Origin: Parcubacteria group bacterium
GTDB taxonomy: Bacteria > Patescibacteriota > Minisyncoccia > Moranbacterales > UBA2206
Length of the DNA: 62,182 nt
Reading direction: 5' to 3'
NCBI GenBank assembly: GCA_041675165.1
Contig: JBAYUI010000003.1
Location: 1-62,182 of the forward strand
Within the stretch, counting starts at the first letter, position 1. Each line of letters begins with the position of its first letter. Below the pieces are notes generated by a model. That model ran no database searches, was not told where the DNA came from, and saw only the letters and a program-made list of their open reading frames with translations. This document shows, piece by piece, positions 9,724-19,231 of the stretch. The translations under genes and the position numbers were made by a program.

Positions 9724-11250
9724 TTATCGTGCGTATTCCGTCACTCGCACCTCTCTAATAACATTTACCTTTATTTCGCCAGGATATTTCAATTCCTTCT
9801 CAATCTTATCCGCAATGGCGCGCGTCAGTTTCATCGCGCCGAGGTCGTCGATCTTGTCCGGCTTCACAAAAACGCGGATTTCTCGACCGGCTTGGATGGC
9901 ATAAGTTTTTTCCACTTCAGGAAAAGAATTCGCCACCCCTTCCAATTCTTCCAAGCGCTTGAGATAGTTTTCCAAAGAATCTTTGCGCGCTCCCGGACGG
10001 GACGCTGAGATGGCATCGGCCGCGCTTATGATCATTGACTCCGGATTTTCAAACGGATAATCCTCATGATGCGACTTCATCGCGGTTATGACATCTTTCC
10101 CAATATTGAATTTTTCTAAAATCTTAATGCCGATTTCCACGTGCGTACCTTGCACTTCATGATCCACTGCTTTTCCGATGTCATGCAGCAATCCCGCCTT
10201 TTTGGCCAACGTCACGTCAGCGCCCAATTCTGCGGCGAGCGCCCCGGACAGATGCGCTACTTCGATGGAATGCAACAGAGCATTTTGTCCGAAACTGGTC
10301 CGATAACGCAAGCGTCCGATGATATGGATGAGTTTTGGATCAAGTCCCGCCACTCCCACATCATATACGGCAGTTTCTCCGGCTTCTTTGATTTTCTTGT
10401 TGATTTCAACCTTGGCAAATTCCACCGCTTCCTCGATCTTGGTCGGATGGATCCGTCCGTCTCCGATCAATTTGTCCAAAGCAATCTTGGCAATTTCACG
10501 CCGTACCGGATCAAAGCCGGAAATAACGATTGCCTCAGGAGTATCGTCCACGATAATTTCAATGCCCGTCAATCGTTCCAGAGCTTTGATGTTCCGACCT
10601 TCTCGCCCGATAATCCGGCCTTTCACTTCGTCACTGGGAATGCTCACCGTACTGGTTGTCACGTCCGCCGAATGCGATCCCGCGTATTTTTGGATCGCCC
10701 CCGTCATAATGTCCTTGGCTTTCTTCTCCAGATCTTCCCGACCATACGCTTCCAACTGCTTCATTTTCTTCGCCACAAAATCCCTGTTTTCTTCTTCGGT
10801 CAACTGCAACAGGATTTTTTTGGCCTGTTCTTTGTCCAGTCCCGCAATTTTTTCCAAACGTTTAAGTTCTTGTTTTCTGACCTCTTCCACTTCTTTCCTG
10901 ATTTTCCTGATTTCTTCCGCCTTATTCTCCAAGGCTGCTCGACCGCGGTCGATCTCGTTCATCTTTTCGTCCAAAATCACTTCCCTTTTTTCCATACGCT
11001 CTTCCATGCGCATGATCTGATTCTCTCTTTCTTGCTCCTTTTTCTTGGCTTCCTCCAAGATAGTTACGGCCTTATTTTTCGCTTCTATAAGCAATTCCTT
11101 GGTCTTTTTGTCTGCGTCATCAAGGATGATTGTAGCCCTGCCTTCAGCGGTGTGCAACTGCTTTTTAGCGATGCTTTGTCGAGTGAGATAGCCGGCAATC
11201 GATCCAATAGCCAAGCCTAAAAAACCGACAATAACTGTGCTCATTTCCAT
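9724..11250 (-). CDS. rny: Ribonuclease Y
   Basis: N-terminal TM helix, coiled coil, KH domain (KGRIIGREGRNI), HD domain (LLHDIGK), DAISASRPGAR. Confidence 0.98.
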   Translation of the reverse strand: MEMSTVIVGFLGLAIGSIAGYLTRQSIAKKQLHTAEGRATIILDDADKKTKELLIEAKNKAVTILEEAKKKEQERENQIMRMEERMEKREVILDEKMNEIDRGRAALENKAEEIRKIRKEVEEVRKQELKRLEKIAGLDKEQAKKILLQLTEEENRDFVAKKMKQLEAYGREDLEKKAKDIMTGAIQKYAGSHSADVTTSTVSIPSDEVKGRIIGREGRNIKALERLTGIEIIVDDTPEAIVISGFDPVRREIAKIALDKLIGDGRIHPTKIEEAVEFAKVEINKKIKEAGETAVYDVGVAGLDPKLIHIIGRLRYRTSFGQNALLHSIEVAHLSGALAAELGADVTLAKKAGLLHDIGKAVDHEVQGTHVEIGIKILEKFNIGKDVITAMKSHHEDYPFENPESMIISAADAISASRPGARKDSLENYLKRLEELEGVANSFPEVEKTYAIQAGREIRVFVKPDKIDDLGAMKLTRAIADKIEKELKYPGEIKVNVIREVRVTEYAR

Positions 11251-11466
11251 AGCTCTTTTTTCTATTCAATTGATAAATCATACGGTTTTTTGCAAATTTC
11301 ACAAAATATTTCCTTTATTTTACCCTTTTTATCAAGAGAAACTAGACTAATTTAAACAAATTAATTACATAACCTTCCTATCAAATACTACCGTAGCGGA
11401 CAGTTTTTGTCAAAGACACGTTCCGATGCTATCATTAGGGTGTAATCTATAAATGAAACAAAACTA

Positions 11467-13053
11467 ATGTCTGAAGAACAAAACTTTAATGGTCGACCGA
11501 AACCCGTAGCACTTGTCATTCTGGACGGATGGGGAATCGGAGAAAAAAATAAAGGCAATGCCATTGCAAATGCCGATCTGCCAACCTTCAAGGAACTGGA
11601 TGCCTATTATCCGCATATCGCCTTGCAAGCTTCCGGCATTTCCGTCGGTCTGCCGTGGGGAGAGGCCGGCAATTCAGAGGTGGGTCATATGACACTAGGG
11701 AGCGGCAAAGTCATCTACCAGAATATGCCGCGCATCACAATGTCCATTCAGAACGGAGAGTTTTTCCAAAATCCGATTTTCATAGAAGCTATCCAGCACG
11801 CCAAGAAGAACGATACGGCGATCCATCTTATGGGACTAGTCGGCAAAGGTTCGGTGCATTCCAACATCGAACATCTCTATGCTCTTTTGGAAATGATGAA
11901 GAGCTATGATATGAAAAAGGTTTTCATCCATCTTTTCACCGATGGCCGCGATAGCTCCCCCACTTCCGGACTGGAATCCGTGAGAGATCTTTCCAGTCGC
12001 ATCGAAAGATACGGCGTGGGACATATCGCTTCCATCGGCGGGCGATATTTCGCTATGGATAGGAATAATAACTGGGATCGCGTCCAGAAAGCCTATACCA
12101 CCATCGTCAAAGGTGAAGGACCGACGACTGAAAACCCAGAAGAATATATGAAAGCTTCCTACAAAAAAGAAATTTTTGATGAATTTATCGAACCGGCGGC
12201 AGTCTGCAAAGGCGGCGTGCCTATCGGGCAGATCACTGATGGCGACTCAGTCATCTTTTTCAATTATCGGGAAGACCGCGCGCGCCAGATCACTAAGGCT
12301 TTCGCGACACCTGATTTTTCCGATTTTCCTGTTTCCAAATTCAATGATCTGTTCTTCGTCACTATGACGCAATATGAAGAAAACTTGCCGGTCCACGTCG
12401 CTTTCCCCCCGATCAAAGTGATGATGTGTCTGGGAAAAGTTCTCAGCGAGAACAACTTGAAACAGCTGCGCATCGCTGAAACGGAAAAATTCGCCCATGT
12501 CACCTATTTTTTCAACGGCGGCAACGAAGAGTCTTTCGCCGGAGAAGATCGCGTCATCATTCCATCCAAGGATGTTGCCAATTACAACCTGTTTCCTAGG
12601 ATGAGCGCGCCGGAAATAACCGAACAGGTCTTGAATTTTGTAGAAATGGAAAAATATGATTTTATCCTTATCAATTTTGCCAATGCCGATATGGTCGGTC
12701 ACACCGGCGTGGAAGAAGCTACGATAGAAGCCACGGAAGCCATCGATGGATGCTTGGCGAAAATCATCGCTGCCATAACTTCTAAGGGCGGACAGCTGCT
12801 CATCACCGCCGACCATGGCAACGCGGAAGAAATGGTCAATCTTCACACGGGAGAAAAAGACACGGAGCACTCGGCCAACCCGGTGCCGCTCTGGTATGTC
12901 ACCGCCGAAAACCGGCGCGCTGAACCGTTGGAAGACGCACCGGTGGAAGTGGCAGGCCTCTTGAGCGACGTCGCCCCGACCGTCCTCGACATTATGCATC
13001 TCGAAAAACCGGACGAAATCACCGGGGAGAGCCTGTTGGATGTCTTGAAATAA
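11467..13053 (+). CDS. gpmI: 2,3-bisphosphoglycerate-independent phosphoglycerate mutase
   Basis: LVILDGWG, GNSEVGH, FTDGRD, AETEKFAHVT, DMVGHTG, TADHGNAE. Confidence 0.98.
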   Translation: MSEEQNFNGRPKPVALVILDGWGIGEKNKGNAIANADLPTFKELDAYYPHIALQASGISVGLPWGEAGNSEVGHMTLGSGKVIYQNMPRITMSIQNGEFFQNPIFIEAIQHAKKNDTAIHLMGLVGKGSVHSNIEHLYALLEMMKSYDMKKVFIHLFTDGRDSSPTSGLESVRDLSSRIERYGVGHIASIGGRYFAMDRNNNWDRVQKAYTTIVKGEGPTTENPEEYMKASYKKEIFDEFIEPAAVCKGGVPIGQITDGDSVIFFNYREDRARQITKAFATPDFSDFPVSKFNDLFFVTMTQYEENLPVHVAFPPIKVMMCLGKVLSENNLKQLRIAETEKFAHVTYFFNGGNEESFAGEDRVIIPSKDVANYNLFPRMSAPEITEQVLNFVEMEKYDFILINFANADMVGHTGVEEATIEATEAIDGCLAKIIAAITSKGGQLLITADHGNAEEMVNLHTGEKDTEHSANPVPLWYVTAENRRAEPLEDAPVEVAGLLSDVAPTVLDIMHLEKPDEITGESLLDVLK

Positions 13054-13078
13054 AAAAAATATTTTTCTTTTGACAAAC

Positions 13079-13111
13079 AAAAACTCCGGAAATTGAATCC
13101 GGAGTTTTTTT
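13079..13111. terminator. Bidirectional terminator between gpmI and clpP
   Basis: aaaaaactccgga-aattgaa-tccggagtttttt. Confidence 0.8.
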
Positions 13112-13132
13112 ATATCTTAAAGCGGAAAAAAA

Positions 13133-13726
13133 TTACTTTATGATCTTATCCACCACCCCATATTTCTTGGCTTCGTCGGCGCTCATAAAATAGTCGCGCT
13201 CGGCGTCACGTTCCACCTTGGCCAAAGCGTTGCCGGTGTGTTTGGAGAGAATTTCATTCAGTTTCTTCTTGATGCTGAGGATGTGGCGGGCGTGGATGTC
13301 GATGTCGGTGGCTTGGCCTTGGGTGCCGCCCATCACTTGGTGGATCATCACTTCGCCGTTGGGCAAAATCATCCGTTTGCCTTTTTCACCGGCGGCGAGA
13401 AGCAACGCCGCGGCGGAAGCAGCCATGCCGATGCAGATTGTCGACACATCCGGCTTCACGTGCTGCATCGTGTCATAGATGGCCAGAGCCGACGTCACTT
13501 GCCCGCCAGGAGAATTGATGTAAATCTTGATATCTTCCTTGGCATTCTGAGAGGCCAGAAAAAGCAACTGAGCGATGATCGAATTGGCCACAGCGTCATC
13601 GATCGGTCCGCCCAAAAAAATGATCCGATCTTTCAAAAGACGCGAATAAATATCATAGGCGCGCTCGCCATAGGAAGTTTTTTCAATGACAGTGGGGATT
13701 AGGTATTGATTAGTGATGTTATTCAT
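13133..13726 (-). CDS. clpP: ATP-dependent Clp protease proteolytic subunit
   Basis: [39 protein letters not shown]. Confidence 0.98.
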   Translation of the reverse strand: MNNITNQYLIPTVIEKTSYGERAYDIYSRLLKDRIIFLGGPIDDAVANSIIAQLLFLASQNAKEDIKIYINSPGGQVTSALAIYDTMQHVKPDVSTICIGMAASAAALLLAAGEKGKRMILPNGEVMIHQVMGGTQGQATDIDIHARHILSIKKKLNEILSKHTGNALAKVERDAERDYFMSADEAKKYGVVDKIIK

Positions 13727-13738
13727 AAGATAATAATA

Positions 13739-13850
13739 AAATCCAAATTACAAAATCTAAATGTCAAATCAAATCCAAAGTTCAAATGTCAAAATTTTGG
13801 ATTTTAGATTTTGAGCTTTATTTGTCATTTGGATTTTGACATTTAGTTTT
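13739..13850. repeat. Inverted array of degenerate 7-mers (aatccaa/aatctaa/aatgtca and complements)
   Basis: Left half is tandem 7-mers, right half their reverse complements; between tig and clpP. Confidence 0.8.
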
Positions 13851-13873
13851 TAAACTGCAACAACCAGCGATGA

Positions 13874-15160
13874 CTATAGCTTTTCAAGGTATTCAAACAC
13901 CTTCTCATTCTCCAAAATCCCTTTGCTATAAGTATACAATCTCTCCATATCGATATTCTTCTCCATATCTTTCACGCCTTTGTAATATTGCAAAGTCTTA
14001 TTCATCTCCGCTTCCACTTCCGTGGTGTCGGCCACGATGTCTTGCATCTGGGCCGCTTCTTTGAGCACCAAAGCGCTCATCACTCGTTTCACTGCTTGCG
14101 GCTCCCAATCTTTTCTCAACTCCGCTTTGGTCTTTTTGAGCTGTTCCAGATATTGGTCCAGATTCATCCCCATCGAAGACAGCTGGTGTTCCATTTCATC
14201 CTCCATCTTTCGCACCTCTTCAGTCAAAAGAATTTCTGGCAGATCGCTTTTGGTGTGCTTGATAATCTCATCGAGATAGCTCGCGCGCCTCTCTTCTTTG
14301 ATCTTATGCTCATTCTCATGTTCCATTCCTTCGCGCATATTCCGCTTGAGATCTTCCAAGTCTTTGAATTTGCCGAGGCCCGCCGCGAATTCATCGGTCA
14401 GTTCGGGTGTTTTCCGTTCTTGCACCAGATTCATCTTGACCTTAAATGCCGCCGGTTTTCCCGCCAAATCTTTCTTGTGATAACTTTCCGGAAAAGACAA
14501 CTCGAATTCTTTTTCATCCCCTTCCCTCATACCGATCACTTGCTCTTCAAAACCGGGAATGAACACTCCTCGCCCGATGATCAAATTATGTTTTTTACTG
14601 GTGCCGTTTTCAATCGGAACTCCGCCCACCAGCACTTGGAAATCGATCTCCACATTATCATTCTTCCGCGCCTCACGCATCACCGTCACCAGTTGCACTC
14701 GGCTATTGGCCAACTTTTCCAGTTCCAATTCCAATTCTTCGTCCGCCACTTTCGGAGTCTTATTTTTGAACTCTTCATTTATTTTCTTGATACCTTTCAC
14801 ATAGCTTTCTTTGACCTCGACTTTCGGCATCACCGCTGCGATGGCTTTGTATTTCAGCTCTTTCCCCTCTTCTCCTTCCAAGACTTCTATTTTAGGACTA
14901 CCAATCACGTCCAATTTTTCTTTGGTGATGATGTCGATATAGCTGGCTTTCACAGCTTTTTCCGCGGCCACATTGAAAATAGCGGCCTTGCCAATTTTTT
15001 GTTCCACCAAATTACGCGGAGCTTTCCCCGGACGGAAGCCGGCAATCTTTATCTCTTCCGACGCTTCCGCCGCGGCAACGTCTAAATATTTTTCCCAATC
15101 CGCGGGGGCGATACTGACTTCAAACTCAATCTGCGATTTTGGTAATTTCTTGATATCCAT
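13874..15160 (-). CDS. tig: Trigger factor
   Basis: IAGFRPGKAP ribosome-binding motif; FKBP-like FIPGFEEQVIGM. Confidence 0.97.
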   Translation of the reverse strand: MDIKKLPKSQIEFEVSIAPADWEKYLDVAAAEASEEIKIAGFRPGKAPRNLVEQKIGKAAIFNVAAEKAVKASYIDIITKEKLDVIGSPKIEVLEGEEGKELKYKAIAAVMPKVEVKESYVKGIKKINEEFKNKTPKVADEELELELEKLANSRVQLVTVMREARKNDNVEIDFQVLVGGVPIENGTSKKHNLIIGRGVFIPGFEEQVIGMREGDEKEFELSFPESYHKKDLAGKPAAFKVKMNLVQERKTPELTDEFAAGLGKFKDLEDLKRNMREGMEHENEHKIKEERRASYLDEIIKHTKSDLPEILLTEEVRKMEDEMEHQLSSMGMNLDQYLEQLKKTKAELRKDWEPQAVKRVMSALVLKEAAQMQDIVADTTEVEAEMNKTLQYYKGVKDMEKNIDMERLYTYSKGILENEKVFEYLEKL

Positions 15161-15185
15161 TATTTTTTATTCACTATTAAACTTA

Positions 15186-16118
15186 TTATTTGGCCAGCTC
15201 CTCCGTCAATGGCGGAATGATCTGTTTTTTCCGAGAAACGATACCGGGCAGGACAATTTCATCCGCTTTGGCTTTGACTCTGAAAACTTTTTCCGCCACC
15301 GCCTTCTCCTTGTCGGAAAAAGCATACAGCACGCTATTCTGTTTGAGAATGTCCACCACGAAGAAAAAAAGATAATCCAGCCTCTCTTGGCTTTTTTTCT
15401 CTTTCAGAAATTTCACAATTTTTTCCTTATGCCTTTCGACCGACACCGGGTCAGCGGTTTCCCAAACAGCTGCCCCAACCTTGTTCTTCCCCATTTCAAA
15501 AAGCTTATAATCACTGTTCACTACCGTCGAAATCGAAACTCCAGTCAGGTCGGATTTGGCCGCGAACATTTCTTTGGCAAATTCCACCAATTTCAATTTA
15601 GCCGTTTTGTTCAATTCTTTCACCGCTTTTTTATCGACATCGGCCGTGGTCGGGCTGGTCAGGTTCAAAGTGTCTGACAGGATTCCCGCTACGAGCAATT
15701 TGGCAACGGCCGCCGGAATTTTTCTGCCGGCCTCCTTGTACAGGAATACCAAAAGAGTTGAGGTACTCCCGACAGTTTCCACGCGACAGCTAATAGGTTT
15801 TTCCGTCGCGATTTGCAATTTATGATGATCAATGATCCGTTCCACTTTGGAAAAATCCAGCCCGTCCGCCAATTGACTCGCTTCATTATGATCTACCAAG
15901 ACAATGCCGGCATTCGCGCCGACAGGACGGAACATCGCAGGCACACGCACTTTGAACTTGTCCAAGATAAATTTTGTTTCTTTATTGATGTTTCCCGCCC
16001 GCACCGGTTCAGCATCTTGCTTCAGGATATTTCTGCAATAATCCGCCCCCGCGATGCTGGCAATGATCGAATCCGTATCCGGATTCTTATGACCGACAAC
16101 GATTATTTTCTTCCCCAT
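15186..16118 (-). CDS. ppaC: Manganese-dependent inorganic pyrophosphatase
   Basis: GHKNPDTDS, LVDHNE, IDHH, ILSDTL, GIVSRKKQIIP. Confidence 0.96.
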   Translation of the reverse strand: MGKKIIVVGHKNPDTDSIIASIAGADYCRNILKQDAEPVRAGNINKETKFILDKFKVRVPAMFRPVGANAGIVLVDHNEASQLADGLDFSKVERIIDHHKLQIATEKPISCRVETVGSTSTLLVFLYKEAGRKIPAAVAKLLVAGILSDTLNLTSPTTADVDKKAVKELNKTAKLKLVEFAKEMFAAKSDLTGVSISTVVNSDYKLFEMGKNKVGAAVWETADPVSVERHKEKIVKFLKEKKSQERLDYLFFFVVDILKQNSVLYAFSDKEKAVAEKVFRVKAKADEIVLPGIVSRKKQIIPPLTEELAK

Positions 16119-16142
16119 AGGAATATAGTTAATTTTTTGATG

Positions 16143-17528
16143 TTATTTTTCGTCCGCCGGAGCATCGACGACTTCAGATCCTTCAGCTTCCTTCGGTTCG
16201 ACGACTGTTTCTTCACTCACAATTTTAGCTTTGTCTTCAACGATTTCGTCCGCTTTGCCTTCCTGTGCCTCTGTCTCTCCGCCGCCGACTTTGATTCCCG
16301 CAATATCGATCTTCCAACCCGTCAGCTTGGCCGCCAAGCGCACATTCTGTCCTCGTTTGCCGATCGCCAATGACAGTTGATCCTCCGGCACATGCGCCAC
16401 CGCCTCCTTCTGATCTTCATCAGTGTCCACTTTCAAAACTTTCGCCGGTGAAAGAGCGGCTGAGATGAATTTGGCGATATCCTTGTTCCAAAGGATGATG
16501 TCAATCTTTTCTCCGCCCAATTCATCGATGACCGCCTGCACCCGCGTGCCTTTTTGTCCGACGCAAGATCCGATCGGATCAATGCCTTCTTCGGAAGAAG
16601 CGACGGCTATCTTAGTTCTCTCTCCGGCTTCTCGAGCGATTGATTTTATCTCGACTGTCCCAGCAAAAATTTCCGGCACTTCCAGTTCGAACATCTTCTT
16701 CACCATTTCCGCATCCGTCCGACTCAAGGTTATCCCAGGACCGCGCGTACCGGCATCCACCTTAGAAACATACACTTTCAAACGCTGTCCGATGCGATAA
16801 TTCTCTCTTTCTATCTGTTCACTTGGGAAAAGCACGCCCACCGATTTTCCGATATCGATAAAAACATTGCGTCCTTCCACTCTTTGGACCACGCCGCTCA
16901 GAAGCTCACCTTCTTTATTCTTATATTCATCATACATCGCGTCTCTCTCAGCCTCCCTGATCCTTTGGATTATGACTTGCTTGGCAGTCTGAGCCGCCAC
17001 TCGGCCATAATCGCTCTTTTGCGGCAGTTCTATCTCAACAATGTCGCCAACTTTGGCATTTTTTTTGAATTCTTTGGCGTCGGCCACGATCAAATCACGC
17101 TCCGGATTGAAACGTGGCATTTTTTCCTCCTCATCTTCCGCAGCGGGAGCGGGAGCGGTTTTGTCAACATCTTCTTTATTTCCTTTCTCTGTTTTTTTAT
17201 CAGCCTTTTCCTCCCCGTCTTCCACTTCATCCGCGGCCTCCACGAATTCTCGCACCGTCTCATCCACCACCTCTTTCACTAAAAAGAATTTTGTAGCACC
17301 ACTCACTTCGTTGAAATCCGCCCGGATATTCTGGCCGCGCTTTCCATAATCCTTCTTGTACGCGGCCGCCAAAGCCGCTTCAATCGTCTCAATCACGCGA
17401 TCCTTGGAAATCCCCTTCTCTTCACAGAGTGCTGTAATGGCTCGGCCGAAATCTCCCGCGCCGCCTTCTTGATTATTTTCCTCCACTTTCACTTTTTTTC
17501 TTGGCATAAATTTTTTATTATTACTCAA
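16143..17528 (-). CDS. nusA: Transcription termination/antitermination factor NusA
   Basis: GRVAAQTAKQVI, AREAGERTKIAV, GSCVGQKGTRV, QLSLAIGKRGQNVRLA; acidic insert and tail. Confidence 0.98.
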   Translation of the reverse strand: MSNNKKFMPRKKVKVEENNQEGGAGDFGRAITALCEEKGISKDRVIETIEAALAAAYKKDYGKRGQNIRADFNEVSGATKFFLVKEVVDETVREFVEAADEVEDGEEKADKKTEKGNKEDVDKTAPAPAAEDEEEKMPRFNPERDLIVADAKEFKKNAKVGDIVEIELPQKSDYGRVAAQTAKQVIIQRIREAERDAMYDEYKNKEGELLSGVVQRVEGRNVFIDIGKSVGVLFPSEQIERENYRIGQRLKVYVSKVDAGTRGPGITLSRTDAEMVKKMFELEVPEIFAGTVEIKSIAREAGERTKIAVASSEEGIDPIGSCVGQKGTRVQAVIDELGGEKIDIILWNKDIAKFISAALSPAKVLKVDTDEDQKEAVAHVPEDQLSLAIGKRGQNVRLAAKLTGWKIDIAGIKVGGGETEAQEGKADEIVEDKAKIVSEETVVEPKEAEGSEVVDAPADEK

Positions 17529-17646
17529 TTACTCCTAATTATTACCGCTATTTAACAAAGAAAGTTCGCTCACGCGAACTCCATTCCAATCACTCCAACG
17601 GTTCAATCCTAGCAAAAAAAAGATTCTTTGTCAAATCAGGATGGCT

Positions 17647-18024
17647 CTAGAAAAATGAGACTCCCCCAAGTGCCCAATAGACCGCGTGAATGATGACCAA
17701 GCCAGAAAGGCCCACGATTACACCCAGAATCGAAGCGGTCATCGCGTTCTTGGCCGTCCCGATCATATTCTCATTTCCCGCAGCTAAAAGATACAAGAGG
17801 CCGGACAGGACGAACCCGATGACGCCCGCAATACCCAAGATTGCCAACAGCCAATCCAAAAGATTTAAGATGATATCATATATGGGCGTATCCGGAAGAC
17901 CTGAAAGAGCGGACAACTCATCGACATTCCAACCCTCCGCCAAAGCGGCACCGGCAAAAAATACGCTCCCGACAACCGCTACCATTGATGTTAATATTCT
18001 TTTTGTTTTATTCATTTTTTTCAT
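17647..18024 (-). CDS. Patescibacteria pilin-like protein (T4SS_pilin/TrbC-VirB2-like)
   Basis: Signal peptide plus two TM helices with SGLLYLLAAGNE...AKNAM...GVIVGL signature. Confidence 0.75.
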   Translation of the reverse strand: MKKMNKTKRILTSMVAVVGSVFFAGAALAEGWNVDELSALSGLPDTPIYDIILNLLDWLLAILGIAGVIGFVLSGLLYLLAAGNENMIGTAKNAMTASILGVIVGLSGLVIIHAVYWALGGVSFF

Positions 18025-18171
18025 TTGCCATTGCTGACAAAATTTATTTCTTATAGCTGTTAGCTGTGATCATATTATACCACCTTCTCCCGAATTAAAG
18101 AAACAAAAACAGCCGAGGAATTATCCACAGCCGTTCTTGTTTTTGAAATTTCAAAATGAAACTCTTTTTCC

Positions 18172-18525
18172 TTAGAATTGTGACGAGGCTCCCAACATAT
18201 TCTTGGCGAACTGCAGCGCCACCAATCCCGCCAAAGCTACGATCACTCCCGTAATGGAGGCTACCATCGCGCCCTTGGCTTTTCCGATCTTGGTTTCATC
18301 TCCCGCGGCCGTCAGATACAGAAGTCCGGCAATGGCAAACCCGATCACGCCGACAATGCCCACGATGGCCAGAAGCCAGTTCATAATATTGGAAATTATT
18401 CCGAATACGCTGGAACTGGAAAGTCCGGTGCCTTGAGGAGCGGAAAATTGAGCGCTGGCAAAAGCCGGAGCCACCAGACTGGCAGAAATCAGAGAATATC
18501 CGATCGATTTAATTTTATTTTTCAT
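18172..18525 (-). CDS. Patescibacteria pilin-like protein
   Basis: AGLLYLTAAGDE...AKGAM...GVIVAL signature; paralogue of 17647-18024. Confidence 0.75.
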   Translation of the reverse strand: MKNKIKSIGYSLISASLVAPAFASAQFSAPQGTGLSSSSVFGIISNIMNWLLAIVGIVGVIGFAIAGLLYLTAAGDETKIGKAKGAMVASITGVIVALAGLVALQFAKNMLGASSQF

Positions 18526-18590
18526 ATCGCACCTCCTATCTATTTTTATTTTTTTATCTTTTTAATTGGCTTGTTTTTTGTTTTTTATGC

Positions 18591-19217
18591 CTAACCTCCC
18601 AAAAGGGAATTGACCTGGCTGATGACCACCACAGCTGAAAGAGCCACTATTATACCGATGATGGAATATTTGAAAATTTCTTTCCCCTTATCTATCCTTC
18701 TTTCATCACCTGCGGCCGTCAAATACATAAGTCCCCCTATGATCATTGAAATCATAGCAATAATTCCGATGATTGACAACAACAGATCCAAGACATTGAC
18801 GGCGATGTCGCGAAGACTGAGAGCGCTGCTCACCCAGCTATCCGCGTTGCTACCTGTATTGCCATTGCCGCCCAAGATAGTTTTAATCGTCTTCAGAAAA
18901 GTCGGCGCCGCCATCGCGATGGCGAGGCCGATCACTGCGCCCGTCCAAGTTTTTTTGGCGCGCGTGACCATCGTTTCGTTTCCCGCCGAAGTCATATACA
19001 TTATCCCGCCGATGATGATGAAGATCAAAGATATGATCGCCAAGATCCCCATCAGATTGGTCAGAACAGAACTGAGCAATGCCGAGACAGTCGTGACCGA
19101 ACCTAATGGATTAGGAAACTCGACATCAGCCGCTTGGCATATTCGCACCGATCCGGCCAAAAATGTGCCAAAAATGAAGAGCGGGAATAGCCACAATGCT
19201 TTTCTTATCTTTTTCAT
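18591..19217 (-). CDS. Tandem two-domain pilin-like protein
   Basis: Signature occurs twice: GGIMYMTSAGNE...AKKT and GGLMYLTAAGDE...GKEI. Confidence 0.75.
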   Translation of the reverse strand: MKKIRKALWLFPLFIFGTFLAGSVRICQAADVEFPNPLGSVTTVSALLSSVLTNLMGILAIISLIFIIIGGIMYMTSAGNETMVTRAKKTWTGAVIGLAIAMAAPTFLKTIKTILGGNGNTGSNADSWVSSALSLRDIAVNVLDLLLSIIGIIAMISMIIGGLMYLTAAGDERRIDKGKEIFKYSIIGIIVALSAVVVISQVNSLLGG

Positions 19218-19231
19218 CTTATTTCAAAAGA

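Noticed and set aside
10141-11220. 359-aa + strand ORF, and similar long antisense ORFs at 13988-15085, 25792-26769, 12247-13080, 50435-51283 and 2022-2828
   Set aside because: They are shadows of well-supported genes on the opposite strand, have no recognisable motifs and have atypical composition.
13739-13850. 7-/8-mer arrays or the R1-R3 repeats as a CRISPR array
   Set aside because: No constant 23-50 bp repeats with unique, regularly sized spacers, and no cas genes.
16143-17528. Acidic insert and tail in NusA, and the tail of L19, as mobile inserts
   Set aside because: Low-complexity charged extensions with no underlying DNA palindrome; common in CPR proteins.
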